Source: Myxococcota bacterium (lineage in GTDB: Bacteria; Myxococcota_A; UBA9160; UBA4427). From it: 64,000 nucleotides of DNA. The DNA lies in NCBI GenBank assembly GCA_965250285.1, contig OZ252299.1, positions 5,696,001 through 5,760,000 on the forward strand. Reading direction: 5' to 3'. The position numbers and the translations under genes were made by a program. Below, one piece after another: positions 10,381 to 19,873 of the stretch (positions are counted from its first letter, which is position 1; each line of letters starts with the position of its first letter). The notes below the pieces were generated by a model. It searched no databases and was not told the origin of the DNA. It saw only the letters and a program-made list of their open reading frames with translations.

Positions 10381-11117
10381 AACTCAGGCAAGCCGTCTTC
10401 GCCGCGGCCGAGATGGAGCCGCTGCGCGCAAACCTCTACGATCTGTTCGGCCTCGATGACGCCTACGTCGACCCGAACGTCGCCTACTTCGGCCTGACCA
10501 ACATCGTGATGTCGCTCGGGGACACCTTCCTCGAGGTCGTCGTTCCGGAGAAGGAGGGGACGACGGCCGGTCGTTTGCTCGACCGGCGCGGTTCGCCGTG
10601 CGGCTACATGCTGATCTTTCAGGTCGACGACTTCGCGACGACGTCGACCCGCCTGAGTGATCTCGACCTGCGCAAGGTGTGGGAGCACGAGGGCGCCGAG
10701 GCGAGCGCGTGTCATATCCACCCGAAGGACGTGGGCGGTGCCATCGTCTCGTTCGACGAGATGCGTCCACCGGGTGAGTGGATCTGGGGCGGACCCGCAT
10801 GGCGCACGCACCGCGCGGCCGACGTCCGGCGGGTGCTCGGCGCGACGCTCTCGGCCGCCGACCCGGCTGCGCTCGCCGCGCGTTGGGCCGAGGTGCTCGG
10901 TCGCCCCGCCGTCGAGGCCGAAGGCCGTCGGCGCATCGCGCTCGACGAGGGCACATTCGTCGAGTTCGTCGCCGGCAAGGATCCCGCCGGCATCTGTGGC
11001 TACACCTTCGAAGCCGACGATCCAGCGCTGCTCGTCGAGCGTGCGGCGAAGCTCGGGCTGGGGGAAGGCGAGGCGAAGGTCGGCGACGTGGCGCTGTCGT
11101 TCGTGCCACCCGCCTAG
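10377..11117 (+). CDS. VOC/glyoxalase-like protein
   Basis: MKLRQAVF...GDTFLEVV...IHPKDVGGAIVSFD. ATGA overlap with the ATPase gene. Confidence 0.75.
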   Translation: MKLRQAVFAAAEMEPLRANLYDLFGLDDAYVDPNVAYFGLTNIVMSLGDTFLEVVVPEKEGTTAGRLLDRRGSPCGYMLIFQVDDFATTSTRLSDLDLRKVWEHEGAEASACHIHPKDVGGAIVSFDEMRPPGEWIWGGPAWRTHRAADVRRVLGATLSAADPAALAARWAEVLGRPAVEAEGRRRIALDEGTFVEFVAGKDPAGICGYTFEADDPALLVERAAKLGLGEGEAKVGDVALSFVPPA

Positions 11118-11650
11118 GGCTCGGGCTGCCAGGTCTCGATCGTGAAGGCGTGGGCGTGCCGGTCGTCGGCTTCGTGCCGTTCGGCCTCGACGCGCTCCCA
11201 GCCGGGCGGTGCGCCGTCGCAGAACGCATCGAAGCGCACATCTCCCTCGACATCGGCGTGAACCCGCGTGACGTAGGCGACCGAGGCACGGCGCAGCGAC
11301 GCTTCGTAGAGGGCGGCGCCGCCGATCACGAAGACGACGTCGTCCCCCGCAGCTTCGGCGGGCGGATGCGCGGCGGCGAGCTCGATGGCCGAGTCGAGAT
11401 CGTGCGCGACCAGCGCACCGGGGGCAGCGTAGTCGCGCTGTCGGGTCAGCACGACGTGTGTGCGCTTCGGCAGCGGCTTGGGGAAGGTCTCCCAGGTCGC
11501 GCGTCCCATGACCATCGCGTGGCCGGTCGTCGTCTGCTTGAAGAAGCGCTGGTCGTCGGGCAGTCGCCACGGGATGCGGTCGCCGTCGCCGATCACGCCG
11601 TTCTCGGAGACCGCGACGATGAGCGCGATGCGAGGCATCGATCCGGCCAT
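11114..11650 (-). CDS. folA: Dihydrofolate reductase
   Basis: LIVAVSENGVIG, IPWRLPDD, MGRATWE, PLPKR, VIGGA. Confidence 0.96.
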   Translation of the reverse strand: MAGSMPRIALIVAVSENGVIGDGDRIPWRLPDDQRFFKQTTTGHAMVMGRATWETFPKPLPKRTHVVLTRQRDYAAPGALVAHDLDSAIELAAAHPPAEAAGDDVVFVIGGAALYEASLRRASVAYVTRVHADVEGDVRFDAFCDGAPPGWERVEAERHEADDRHAHAFTIETWQPEP

Positions 11651-11669
11651 GGCGCAGGCTCGCCCGCGC

Positions 11670-12464
11670 TCAGACCGCGATCGGCGCCGCGATGCGGGGA
11701 TGCGGGTCGTAGCCTTCGATCACGAAGTGCTCGTACTCGAAGTCGAAGACGCTCTTCACCGTAGGGTCGAGCCGAACGGTCGGCAACGGGCGCGGTTCGC
11801 GCGTGAGCTGCGTCTTCACCTGCTCGACGTGGTTCGAGTAGATGTGGGCGTCGCCGATCGAGATCACGAGATCGCCCGGCTCGAGCTGGGTCTGCTGGGC
11901 GATCATCATCGTGAGCAGCGCGTACGACGCGATGTTGAAGGGCAGGCCGAGAAAGAGGTCGCAGCTTCGCTGGTACATGCTGCACGAGAGCCGACCGTTC
12001 GTGACGTTGAACTGGAACATCATGTGGCACGGGGGCAGCTTCATATTCGGTACTTCGGCCACGTTCCAGGCCGACACGATGTGGCGTCGTGAGTCGGGAT
12101 CGGTGCGAATCTGCTCGATCACGTCGGTCAGCTGGTCGACGTGCTCACCTCCCGGGGTGGGCCAGCTGCGCCACTGCGAGCCGTAGACGGGGCCGAGCTC
12201 GCCGTCTTCGTCCGCCCACTCGTCCCAGATCGACACGCCGTTGTCCTGCAGGTAGCGGACGTTCGTGTCGCCGGCCACGAACCACAGGAGCTCGTGGATC
12301 ACGCTCTTCATGTGGATGCGCTTGGTCGTGACGAGGGGGAACCCCTGGGTGAGATCGAATCGCAGCTGCGCGCCGAACAAGCTGCGCGTGCCGGTGCCGG
12401 TGCGGTCCGCCTTGTCGACGCCCTCTTCGAGCACCTTTTGCAACAAGTCGAGATAGCTACGCAT
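11670..12464 (-). CDS. thyA: Thymidylate synthase
   Basis: [40 protein letters not shown]. 264 aa from ATG at 12464. Confidence 0.98.
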   Translation of the reverse strand: MRSYLDLLQKVLEEGVDKADRTGTGTRSLFGAQLRFDLTQGFPLVTTKRIHMKSVIHELLWFVAGDTNVRYLQDNGVSIWDEWADEDGELGPVYGSQWRSWPTPGGEHVDQLTDVIEQIRTDPDSRRHIVSAWNVAEVPNMKLPPCHMMFQFNVTNGRLSCSMYQRSCDLFLGLPFNIASYALLTMMIAQQTQLEPGDLVISIGDAHIYSNHVEQVKTQLTREPRPLPTVRLDPTVKSVFDFEYEHFVIEGYDPHPRIAAPIAV

Positions 12465-12604
12465 ACGCCCCCCAGCGCCAGAAGCTCGGCACGCCGGGCA
12501 ACGAGCCCAGCCGTCTGGGCAGGGTAGCAGCAGCGGCGCCGGTGAGGCGCCGGAATCACGGGGTGGGCCGTTCGGGCCGGCCCGCATGCGCCGGGGGATT
12601 CGGC

Positions 12605-12928
12605 TCAGTGCTGGCCGAGCGGGTCGGCGAACACGTAGCGGGCGGGCTTCACCACCATCGAGTTGAACGGCTTGCCGATGTCGCCGGGCCGGCTCACCAG
12701 CGTGAGCGGCGTAACCGGCGCCAGGAAGAGCGCCGTGCCGGCGAACATGCTGACGAGTCCGACCGGGCGGAGGAAGAGCAGATCGAAGGTGATGGGCGAG
12801 GTGCTCTCGGCGCCCGGATCCGTGTGCACGTCGCGTTCGAAGCCGTCGGCGTAGGTCGCGGAGACCCCGAGCAGCGTGACGACGACCGTGGTCGCGAGAG
12901 CGCGGCGGGCGATGCGGATGAGCTTCAT
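12605..12928 (-). CDS. Small exported/membrane hypothetical protein
   Basis: Signal-peptide-like N-terminus; [10 protein letters not shown]...[20 protein letters not shown]. Confidence 0.7.
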   Translation of the reverse strand: MKLIRIARRALATTVVVTLLGVSATYADGFERDVHTDPGAESTSPITFDLLFLRPVGLVSMFAGTALFLAPVTPLTLVSRPGDIGKPFNSMVVKPARYVFADPLGQH

Positions 12929-13112
12929 GACGATCCCTTCCTCGAGCGTCACGCCGCTCGGCCGAGCCCCTCGGCTCGTCGATCCGGCGAGACGTCCGCG
13001 TCATCGGAGCCCCGCGCGGGCGACTTGAGGCTCGTTCGGGGGGATCCGGGGCGGCATCGAGCCCGTCTCGATTTCGGGACGCCGGCCGGCCGCGGGGGCC
13101 GCGCGTGCGCGC

Positions 13113-14831
13113 TCAGCGAGTCTCGTCGGTCTCGAGGAAGAAGTTGAAATCCTCGCTCTCCTCGCCGTGGAGCAGGTCGTAGGCGTGGGCCGGGCTCTTC
13201 GCCTGAAAGAGATCCTCCTGGATGTCGGGGTCGATGCCGACGGTGCGTGCAAGCGTGGCGAGCACCTGGAGGTGGCGGTCCCGCTCTTCGGGGGCGGTCC
13301 CGAGCAGCACCACGCAGTGGACGGGCTGGCCGTCGGGCGTGTCGAAGGGCAGCCCCTCCCGCGAGAGCGCCATCACGCCCGTCATCGCGAGGCCCGGCGG
13401 CAGGATGCCGTGGGGCACCGAGAGACCGCCGCCGAGGCACGTCGAGGCCTGGGCCTCGCGGTCGAGCACGCTCTTCAGCAGGTCGTCCCGCGAGATCGAC
13501 TTGAGACCGTGCCGTCGGATCATCAGATCGACGAGCTTCTCGATCGCCTGCTCCTTCGACTCGGCGCGGAACCCGGTGACGATGTGCTCCTCCTGCAAGA
13601 AGTCGATCAGCCGCAAGCGGTCGCGGTCGATCTCTCCCGCGCGCTTGAGCGCTCGCCGCGTGAGCACGGGGCCGATGATCTCGTTCAGGGTCACCACGCT
13701 CAGCACGATGTCGGTGAAGAGCCCGGCCATGTCGGCGTAGGCCGGGTCGCGCTGGATCACGAGCACGAGCCCGACGGCGACGCCGGCCTGGGGCACCAAC
13801 GCCAGACCCAGGTTGCGACGCACGCGATCGGTGGCCTGGGCGATGCGCATGGCGAGGTCGGCGGCGAGCCACTTGCCGCCCATGCGCGCGACGAAGTAGA
13901 GCCCGGCGAGCGTGCCCACGGTGCCGATGTGCGAGACGTCGAGGTGCATGCCCGCGAGCGTGAAGAAGACGGCGAGGATCACGGGCTCGAAGTCGGCGAA
14001 GACCGAGTCGACGAGATGGCTGCGGGTCTGCGTGACGTTCGTCTGCACGACGCCGAGCACGAGGCACGAGAGCATCGGCGAGACGTCGAGGGCGTTGGCC
14101 AGGCCCGACGTGAGCACGAGCGCGAGCACGGCCCCGGTGGCGACGCGCTCGGGGCGGTGGGTCAGCCGGCAGACCTGATCGAGCGCGAGGGCCGCGAGCG
14201 AGCCGAGCAGCAGCGGGAGGCCGAGCTCACCGACGGCCGTCCAGGGGGCACCGGCGCGCAGGTCGGGGTCGGCGCCGGGCAGCCACGAGAGGCCAATCAC
14301 CCGCGCGATCTCGAACAGCGCGATGCACGCCATGTTGTTGAGCGCGACGGCCGCGATCAGCGTCTTCACGAAGACGCCCTTCGCGCGGCACTCGCGGACG
14401 ACGGCGACGATGGTGGCGGGCGCCGTTGCGACGGCCACGGTGCCGAGCAGCAGGGCGAGGGTCGGCGGCGCGCCGCCGATCCAAGTGAGCGTGGCGAATA
14501 CGACCAGCGGCGTGACGAGCGACTCGAAGAGCAGCAGCGCGCCGAGGCGGCGTCCGGCATTGCGCAAGCGATCGAGGTTCAGGTGGGCGCCGACGGTGAC
14601 GGCGATCAGTCCGAGGGCGAGATCGGTGAGCGGCGCGAGCGAGTCGATCGCTTCTTCGCCGACGAGGTCGAGGCCCGCGCGACCGAGCGCGACGCCGACG
14701 AGGATCTGGCCGGTGATGCCCGGCAGGCCGAGGCGGTGCGCGAGCGATCCCGCACCGATCCCGGCGAGGATCACGCACGCCAGCAGGAGCAGCGGCCCCC
14801 CCTGCTGCAGGAGCGTCGACACGGCTTCCAT
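13113..14831 (-). CDS. Cation:proton antiporter fused to a C-terminal PTS EIIA(Ntr/Fru)-type domain
   Basis: About 12 TM helices with ATAPA, ALNN and PQAGVAVG; C-terminal REAQASTCLGGGLSVPHG...HLQVLA. Confidence 0.88.
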   Translation of the reverse strand: MEAVSTLLQQGGPLLLLACVILAGIGAGSLAHRLGLPGITGQILVGVALGRAGLDLVGEEAIDSLAPLTDLALGLIAVTVGAHLNLDRLRNAGRRLGALLLFESLVTPLVVFATLTWIGGAPPTLALLLGTVAVATAPATIVAVVRECRAKGVFVKTLIAAVALNNMACIALFEIARVIGLSWLPGADPDLRAGAPWTAVGELGLPLLLGSLAALALDQVCRLTHRPERVATGAVLALVLTSGLANALDVSPMLSCLVLGVVQTNVTQTRSHLVDSVFADFEPVILAVFFTLAGMHLDVSHIGTVGTLAGLYFVARMGGKWLAADLAMRIAQATDRVRRNLGLALVPQAGVAVGLVLVIQRDPAYADMAGLFTDIVLSVVTLNEIIGPVLTRRALKRAGEIDRDRLRLIDFLQEEHIVTGFRAESKEQAIEKLVDLMIRRHGLKSISRDDLLKSVLDREAQASTCLGGGLSVPHGILPPGLAMTGVMALSREGLPFDTPDGQPVHCVVLLGTAPEERDRHLQVLATLARTVGIDPDIQEDLFQAKSPAHAYDLLHGEESEDFNFFLETDETR

Positions 14832-14945
14832 GAGGCGAGGCTAGCAGGGCGAAGCGCTGCGCCCGTCGTGTCTTCCGTGTCGGGCGGGCGTGCTCAGCGC
14901 CGGGTCCGCCCATCGCGGAGCCCGGGCCGGGCGATGGATCGGGGA

Positions 14946-16142
14946 TCAGCCCGGGAAGAGGTTGCGCGCGATCTCGACCCCGCCGACCACGCTGCCGAGG
15001 ATGCTGCCGAGCGACACCGCGATGAATGCCGTGAGGATCTTGAGCAGCCGGTTGCGCAGCCAACCCTTCCACTCGAGGGCATCGTTGCCGACGTCGCGAA
15101 ACTCGGAGACGCGGGGCGGCTGAACCCACAGCTGAACGAACGCCGCGACATAGCCCGCGCCGATGACGGGCGTCAGGCTCGTGAAGGGCGCAGAGACGGC
15201 GGCCGCCACGATGGTGATCGGGTGCGCCAGCGCGATCAACGCGCCGATGCCGGCCGGCACGGCGTTCGCGACGAACCAATAGAGCGCGTTGTCGCCGGCT
15301 TCGCCGGCGCCCTGGGTTGCGCCGATGTACGCGATCGAGCCCACGATGAAGGCGGGGATCGCCCAGCCCACCCACTTCCACACGCTCGAGACGGGCGGAA
15401 TCTCCTCGATCGCCGCGAGGTCGACGGGCTCGCCGCTCTCGATCGCGCGGGTCATACCCGCGACGTGCCCCGCGCCGACGACGGCGACGACGCGTTCGCC
15501 CGACGACTCGACGATCTTCTCGGCGAGGTAGGCGTCGCGTTCGTCGATGAGCACTTGCTTGAGCTCGGGCAACGACTCGCCGAGCTCGGCCATGAGCTCG
15601 CTCAGCACGTCCTGCTCGCGGATGCGCTCGAGCTCTTCTTCGGAGAGCTCGGGGCTCTCGAACGCACTCGCGAGCAGACCCGAGAGCGCCTGCAGCTTGC
15701 GCCAGAGACCGAGGCCCGCCCACGCCCGGCGCAGCGTGATGCGGATGTCGCGATCGCAGAGGGCGACGGGGATCTCGAGCGCCTCGGCGGTGCGCGCCGC
15801 CTCGAGCAGTTCGCTGCCCGGCGTCACCCCGAGCTTGAGACCGAGCCGGCGCTGATAGGCCGAGAGCATGAGGTTCACGATCAGCGTCGTGAGCTGCTGG
15901 TTGCGGATGATCTCGCGCAGATCCTGCGCTTCGAACTGCTTGGCTTCGCTCAGTGCTTGATAGCGCCGCTCGTCGAGCTCGATGCAGACCGTATCGGGGC
16001 GCTCCTGCTCGATCACGCGCCGCACCAGATCGACCGAGGTCTGCGAGATGTGCGCCGTCCCGACGAGGATGAAGGTGCGGCCGTCGCGCTCGAGGATGCG
16101 GACGTCGCTCGGGTAGGGCTCTGCTTCTGCGCCGGCGCTCAA
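14946..16142 (-). CDS. TraB/PrgY/GumN family protein
   Basis: LVGTAHIS, PDTVCIELD, PGSE, LIDERDAY, VVGAGHV, plus C-terminal TMs. TTG start with GAGG. Confidence 0.9.
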   Translation of the reverse strand: MSAGAEAEPYPSDVRILERDGRTFILVGTAHISQTSVDLVRRVIEQERPDTVCIELDERRYQALSEAKQFEAQDLREIIRNQQLTTLIVNLMLSAYQRRLGLKLGVTPGSELLEAARTAEALEIPVALCDRDIRITLRRAWAGLGLWRKLQALSGLLASAFESPELSEEELERIREQDVLSELMAELGESLPELKQVLIDERDAYLAEKIVESSGERVVAVVGAGHVAGMTRAIESGEPVDLAAIEEIPPVSSVWKWVGWAIPAFIVGSIAYIGATQGAGEAGDNALYWFVANAVPAGIGALIALAHPITIVAAAVSAPFTSLTPVIGAGYVAAFVQLWVQPPRVSEFRDVGNDALEWKGWLRNRLLKILTAFIAVSLGSILGSVVGGVEIARNLFPG

Positions 16143-16188
16143 AGGGTCGGACCTCTCTGGGGATCGGAAGGCGCCCCAAGTTCGCATA

Positions 16189-16344
16189 ATCGGTCGATTC
16201 GTGCCGAAGCCGAAGCGCGATCGGGCCGGGATTTCGGTCGAAGCGAGGACGCCCCAGCGCGCCCATATCGGTCGATTCGTGCCGAAGCCGAAGTGCGATC
16301 GGGCCGGGATTTCGGTCGCAGGCGGGACACCCCAGCGCGCCCAC
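16189..16344. repeat. 78-bp tandem repeat, 2 copies
   Basis: ATCGGTCGATTCGTGCCGAAGCCGAAG...CCCCAGCGCGCCCA starts at 16189 and again at 16267 with few mismatches. Confidence 0.92.
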
Positions 16345-16365
16345 CCGAGGGCGACGCGCGAACGC

Positions 16366-16977
16366 TCAGCTCGCGGTGCTGGCGGCGGGCGTCGATGTGC
16401 GCGCGCGCCGCCGCGTCGGCCAGAAGCGCGCGGCGAGCAGCACGACGACGAGGCCCGCGAACACGAGCGGCTGCACGACGTCGGCCTTCACGAGCCAGTA
16501 GTAGTGGGCGACGGCCGCGACGGCCGCGACCCAGACCAGGCGATGCAGTACGCGCCAGCGCGCCCCGAGCCGGCGCATCCAGGCCCGGGTCGAGGTGATC
16601 GCCAGCGGCAGCATGGCGAGCAGTCCGGTCGCCCCGAGCCAGACGAACGGGCGCTTGCTCAGGTCTTCCTGGATCGAGGGCCAGTGCAGCCCCTGATCGA
16701 GTACGGCCCACGTGAGCATGTGGAGCACGGCGTAGGCGAACGCGAGCAGGCCGAGCGTGCGGCGCTGGGGCGCGAGGCGCGACCAGCCGGTCACGCGTCG
16801 AAGCGGCGTGATCGCGAGGGTGACGACCAGCAGACGAAGCGCCCACTCGCCGGTCACGTGCGTGATGTCTTCGATCGGATTGGCCGAGAGCTTGCCGAGC
16901 ACGGCCCCGACGCCCACGCCGACGAGCGGCAGCAGCCCGATGGCGGTGACGATCAGGGTGTCGCGGCGCGTCTTCAT
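16366..16977 (-). CDS. msrQ: Heme-binding membrane subunit of methionine sulfoxide reductase
   Basis: TGEWAL, ITPLR, RRTLGL, YAVLH, LAITS, WRVLHRLV. Confidence 0.95.
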   Translation of the reverse strand: MKTRRDTLIVTAIGLLPLVGVGVGAVLGKLSANPIEDITHVTGEWALRLLVVTLAITPLRRVTGWSRLAPQRRTLGLLAFAYAVLHMLTWAVLDQGLHWPSIQEDLSKRPFVWLGATGLLAMLPLAITSTRAWMRRLGARWRVLHRLVWVAAVAAVAHYYWLVKADVVQPLVFAGLVVVLLAARFWPTRRRARTSTPAASTAS

Positions 16978-17057
16978 CGGTCGCTCCTCAGACGTTGCGG
17001 CTCAGATCCGAACCGGCCGTGCATCACGCGGCGGCCGTGAGTCGGATCGATCGTGCC

Positions 17058-18035
17058 TCAGTAGTTGCGGCTCAGATCCATGCCCTTGTAGAGCGAGGCG
17101 ACCTGGTCGCCGTAGCCGTTGAAGGGCAGCGTCGGGCGCTTGAAGAACTCGCCGATGCGGCGCTCGCGCGACTGGCTCCAGCGCGGGTGGTCGACGTCGG
17201 GGTTCACATTCGCGTAGAAGCCGTACTCGCGCGGGTTCTCGGCGCTCCAGCTCGTGTAGGGCATCTCCTTCTGGAGCCGGATCTTCACGATCGACTTGAT
17301 CGACTTGAAGCCGTACTTCCAGGGCACCACCAGGCGAATGGGCGCGCCGTTCTGGCCGGGCAGCACCTCGCCGTACATGCCCACCGCGAGCAGCGACAGC
17401 GGATTCATCGCTTCGTCCATGCGCAGGCCTTCGCGATAGGGCCACTGCAACACGCGTCGCCGCTGGCCTGGCAGCTGCTCCGGGTCATAGAGCGTCTCGA
17501 AAGCCACGTACTTCGCATCGCTCGTCGGCTCGAAACGCTCGAGCACCTTGCCGAGCGGCACGCCGACCCACGGGATCACCATCGACCACGCCTCGACGCA
17601 GCGCAGTCGGTAGATGCGCTCCTCGAGGTCGTAGGGGCGAATCAGGTCTTCGATGCCGATGCTGCCGGGCTTCGCGACCGCCCCCTCGATGGCGACGTTC
17701 CAGGGGCGGGTCTTCAGCGAACCGGCGTTGCGCGCCGGGTCGTCCTTGCCCGTGCCGAGCTCGTAGAAGTTGTTGTAGCTGGTCGCGTCGTCGATCGGCG
17801 TGATCTCGTCGTCGGCACCGAGGGGCGCGAGCTTCTTCGAGTTCGGCTGCACGTTGTCGAGCGGGCCGCTCGCGGGCAGCATGGCCGCCTGCGCAGCGCC
17901 CGGCGCGCCGAGGGAGCCCGCGAGCGCGGCCGCCCCCAGCCCGAGTGTGCCGCCGATGAATGAGCGGCGATCGAGGTAGTGGCGGCGGTCGGTCACGTCG
18001 CGTTCCGCGACGTCGGGGGCCGATCGAATCAGCAA
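17058..18035 (-). CDS. msrP: Periplasmic molybdoenzyme methionine sulfoxide reductase (Tat-exported)
   Basis: DRRSFI Tat motif, [37 protein letters not shown]. Confidence 0.97.
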   Translation of the reverse strand: MLIRSAPDVAERDVTDRRHYLDRRSFIGGTLGLGAAALAGSLGAPGAAQAAMLPASGPLDNVQPNSKKLAPLGADDEITPIDDATSYNNFYELGTGKDDPARNAGSLKTRPWNVAIEGAVAKPGSIGIEDLIRPYDLEERIYRLRCVEAWSMVIPWVGVPLGKVLERFEPTSDAKYVAFETLYDPEQLPGQRRRVLQWPYREGLRMDEAMNPLSLLAVGMYGEVLPGQNGAPIRLVVPWKYGFKSIKSIVKIRLQKEMPYTSWSAENPREYGFYANVNPDVDHPRWSQSRERRIGEFFKRPTLPFNGYGDQVASLYKGMDLSRNY

Positions 18036-18149
18036 GGGCGTCCTCCGTTCTCCCGAGCCCGTGCGGCGCGTGTGCCAGGCCGGGATCGAGAGTACGCGAT
18101 CCGTGCGATTCGGTTACACCGCGGGGGCGAGCCGATCTGGACGAACCGC

Positions 18150-18989
18150 TCAGCGGGCGGGCGTGTCCAGATATCGCTCGGCGAGCCAGCCGAGGGCCGG
18201 GTGCGGCGACTCTGCGCAGCGCGCAAGGCGGGTGTGCAGCGTGGCGAGATCGACCGCGTCGAAGTCGACCTCGCCGCCGATGCGCATGCGAATGCCGTCG
18301 AAATGGCGACGCAGGGCGTCGTCGAAGTGCGCGTCGAATTGCGGCCGCACGACGACGTAGCGGAACCCCCGGCGTCCCAGTGTGCGGCACAGGCTGCGAA
18401 TGCGACGCAGCATGCGCGCGCTCGGCACGCCTTCGCCGCGGGTCGCCTGGGCGGCGAGCTGCCGGCACCCCTCGAGATCGCCCCAGCCCGTCGGCGGATC
18501 GGGCAGGACGTGGGCGCAGGCCGACGCGCCGTGCGCGAGCTCGGCACCCCGGATCTCGATGAACACCGGTCGGTCACCGCCGCGATCGATGCGCACGAGT
18601 GGCGTCGGGGGCGTGCCTGCGTCGAGCGAATCGGAGGGGTGCACCCAGCCGCGCCGCACGGGCTCGCCCGGTGCACCCACGCTCGAGAGCAGGCCGCCGA
18701 TCGCATCGGGGCCGACCACCGCGATCAGGTTGCACGCGATTCCCCACGCCGAACCGAGCCGGCTGACCGCGGCCGGCTTGCCGACCTCGCCGAGCGGGCG
18801 GTCGGGATGGCGGCCGAGCCGCTCGCGTTCGTCTTCGCCGAGCGGCACGCACAGCGCGTCGTCGGCGTCGCTGAGGTGGTCGCCCGAGACGTCGAGCGCG
18901 AGACCGTGGCGGGTCGCCCAGCGGCGCTCGCGGGCGAGGATCGACTCGAGCGCGCGGGGCGCGATGTCGCGAAGCATCGGCATCGGCAT
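18150..18989 (-). CDS. Hypothetical protein, possibly a degenerate PD-(D/E)xK nuclease-fold protein
   Basis: 3' part of ORF 18150..19496, ATG after AGGA. Motif order S-x5-CN...TPP...VFIEIR...WGDLEGC...LAERY recalls PGN_0703-like putative endonucleases (from memory). Confidence 0.55.
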   Translation of the reverse strand: MPMPMLRDIAPRALESILARERRWATRHGLALDVSGDHLSDADDALCVPLGEDERERLGRHPDRPLGEVGKPAAVSRLGSAWGIACNLIAVVGPDAIGGLLSSVGAPGEPVRRGWVHPSDSLDAGTPPTPLVRIDRGGDRPVFIEIRGAELAHGASACAHVLPDPPTGWGDLEGCRQLAAQATRGEGVPSARMLRRIRSLCRTLGRRGFRYVVVRPQFDAHFDDALRRHFDGIRMRIGGEVDFDAVDLATLHTRLARCAESPHPALGWLAERYLDTPAR

Positions 18990-19105
18990 TCGGTTCCTGC
19001 GGCAGCGTTCCGCGGTGGCGCGAACGGCGCGCGTCCCCCGTTCATCGGTCGGACTCCCCGACCAGTTGAGACCCTCGGGCTGCGGCGCGCGAGAACGTGC
19101 GGGGC

Positions 19106-19873
19106 TCAGTCGCTGGGGAGGCAGATCTGCAGGTAGAGCAAGCCAGGCAGACCGAGCGGCCCGCGCCCGCGTTCGTCGAGCCACTGCGACTCGACGAGGT
19201 CGCCGGCCCGCGCCTCGACCCGGGCCCGCGCATCGGGGGTGGCTCGGACGGCGTGCGTGCGGTCGAGCCGGCGGCCGCCGTGTAGCGTCAGGCTGTGATC
19301 GACCTGCGCTTCGAAGCGGCGGGCGAGCATCTCGAGCGCATCGCGCCGCGCGCTCGCCGTGCGTCGCTGCGCACTCAGATCGACGCCCGCGACGCCGAGG
19401 GCGCAGTCGCGCCGCCGGGGGAGGGGCCTCGGCCAGATCGGCCGCACGCCGGGTGAGCGCCGCGCCCGCGCAGGCGGCGCCGCCTTGGGGCCACACGCGA
19501 CGACGTCGATGCGACCCTCGCCGTGCCGCCTGAGTGCGGCGATGTAGACCCCGCGCAGCACGCCGCTCACGCGTTCAGTGGCGACCTCTCGCATCTGCGC
19601 GTCGCGCCAGGCGATCTCGCTCGTCACCTCGGTCGGGCCCTGCTCGGCCGCCAGCGCAGCGAACGCGGCATCGCGCGCTTCGCGCAGGCTCGTCGCCTCG
19701 CGCAGCGCCGGCCCGCCGATGCCGAGCGCGCACCCCGGTGGCACGTCGAGGGCGCCCGGATCGGCGACCGCCGCGGTCGGCTCGAGCGAACCGAGCAGGG
19801 CGGCGACTCCGAGCACGCAAAGCACGTGCGTGACCGGAGCCGCGCGCCGGCTGCGCCCGGGGCTTCGGCTCAC
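19106..19873 (-). CDS. Secreted protein with two LPP20-like repeats
   Basis: Signal peptide; CALGIG...AR.AA..AL and CALGVAG...ARRDAL..LA units. GTGA overlap with the upstream lipoprotein. Confidence 0.6.
   Translation of the reverse strand: MSRSPGRSRRAAPVTHVLCVLGVAALLGSLEPTAAVADPGALDVPPGCALGIGGPALREATSLREARDAAFAALAAEQGPTEVTSEIAWRDAQMREVATERVSGVLRGVYIAALRRHGEGRIDVVACGPKAAPPARARRSPGVRPIWPRPLPRRRDCALGVAGVDLSAQRRTASARRDALEMLARRFEAQVDHSLTLHGGRRLDRTHAVRATPDARARVEARAGDLVESQWLDERGRGPLGLPGLLYLQICLPSD

Noticed and set aside
11608..11700. Similarity between the thyA end (PRIAAPIAV) and folA start (PRIALIVAV) as a duplication
   Set aside because: Both are normal family termini; probably coincidental.
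14946..16142. TraB-family gene as evidence of a conjugative element
   Set aside because: TraB/GumN proteins are common chromosomal proteins; no relaxase, T4SS or integrase nearby.
13167..16598. 1143-aa plus-strand ORF and many other long antisense or overlapping ORFs (e.g. 7840-10359, 32086-34296, 49275-51512, 58160-60604)
   Set aside because: Shadow ORFs of real genes in high-GC DNA; R/A/G-rich with no motifs.
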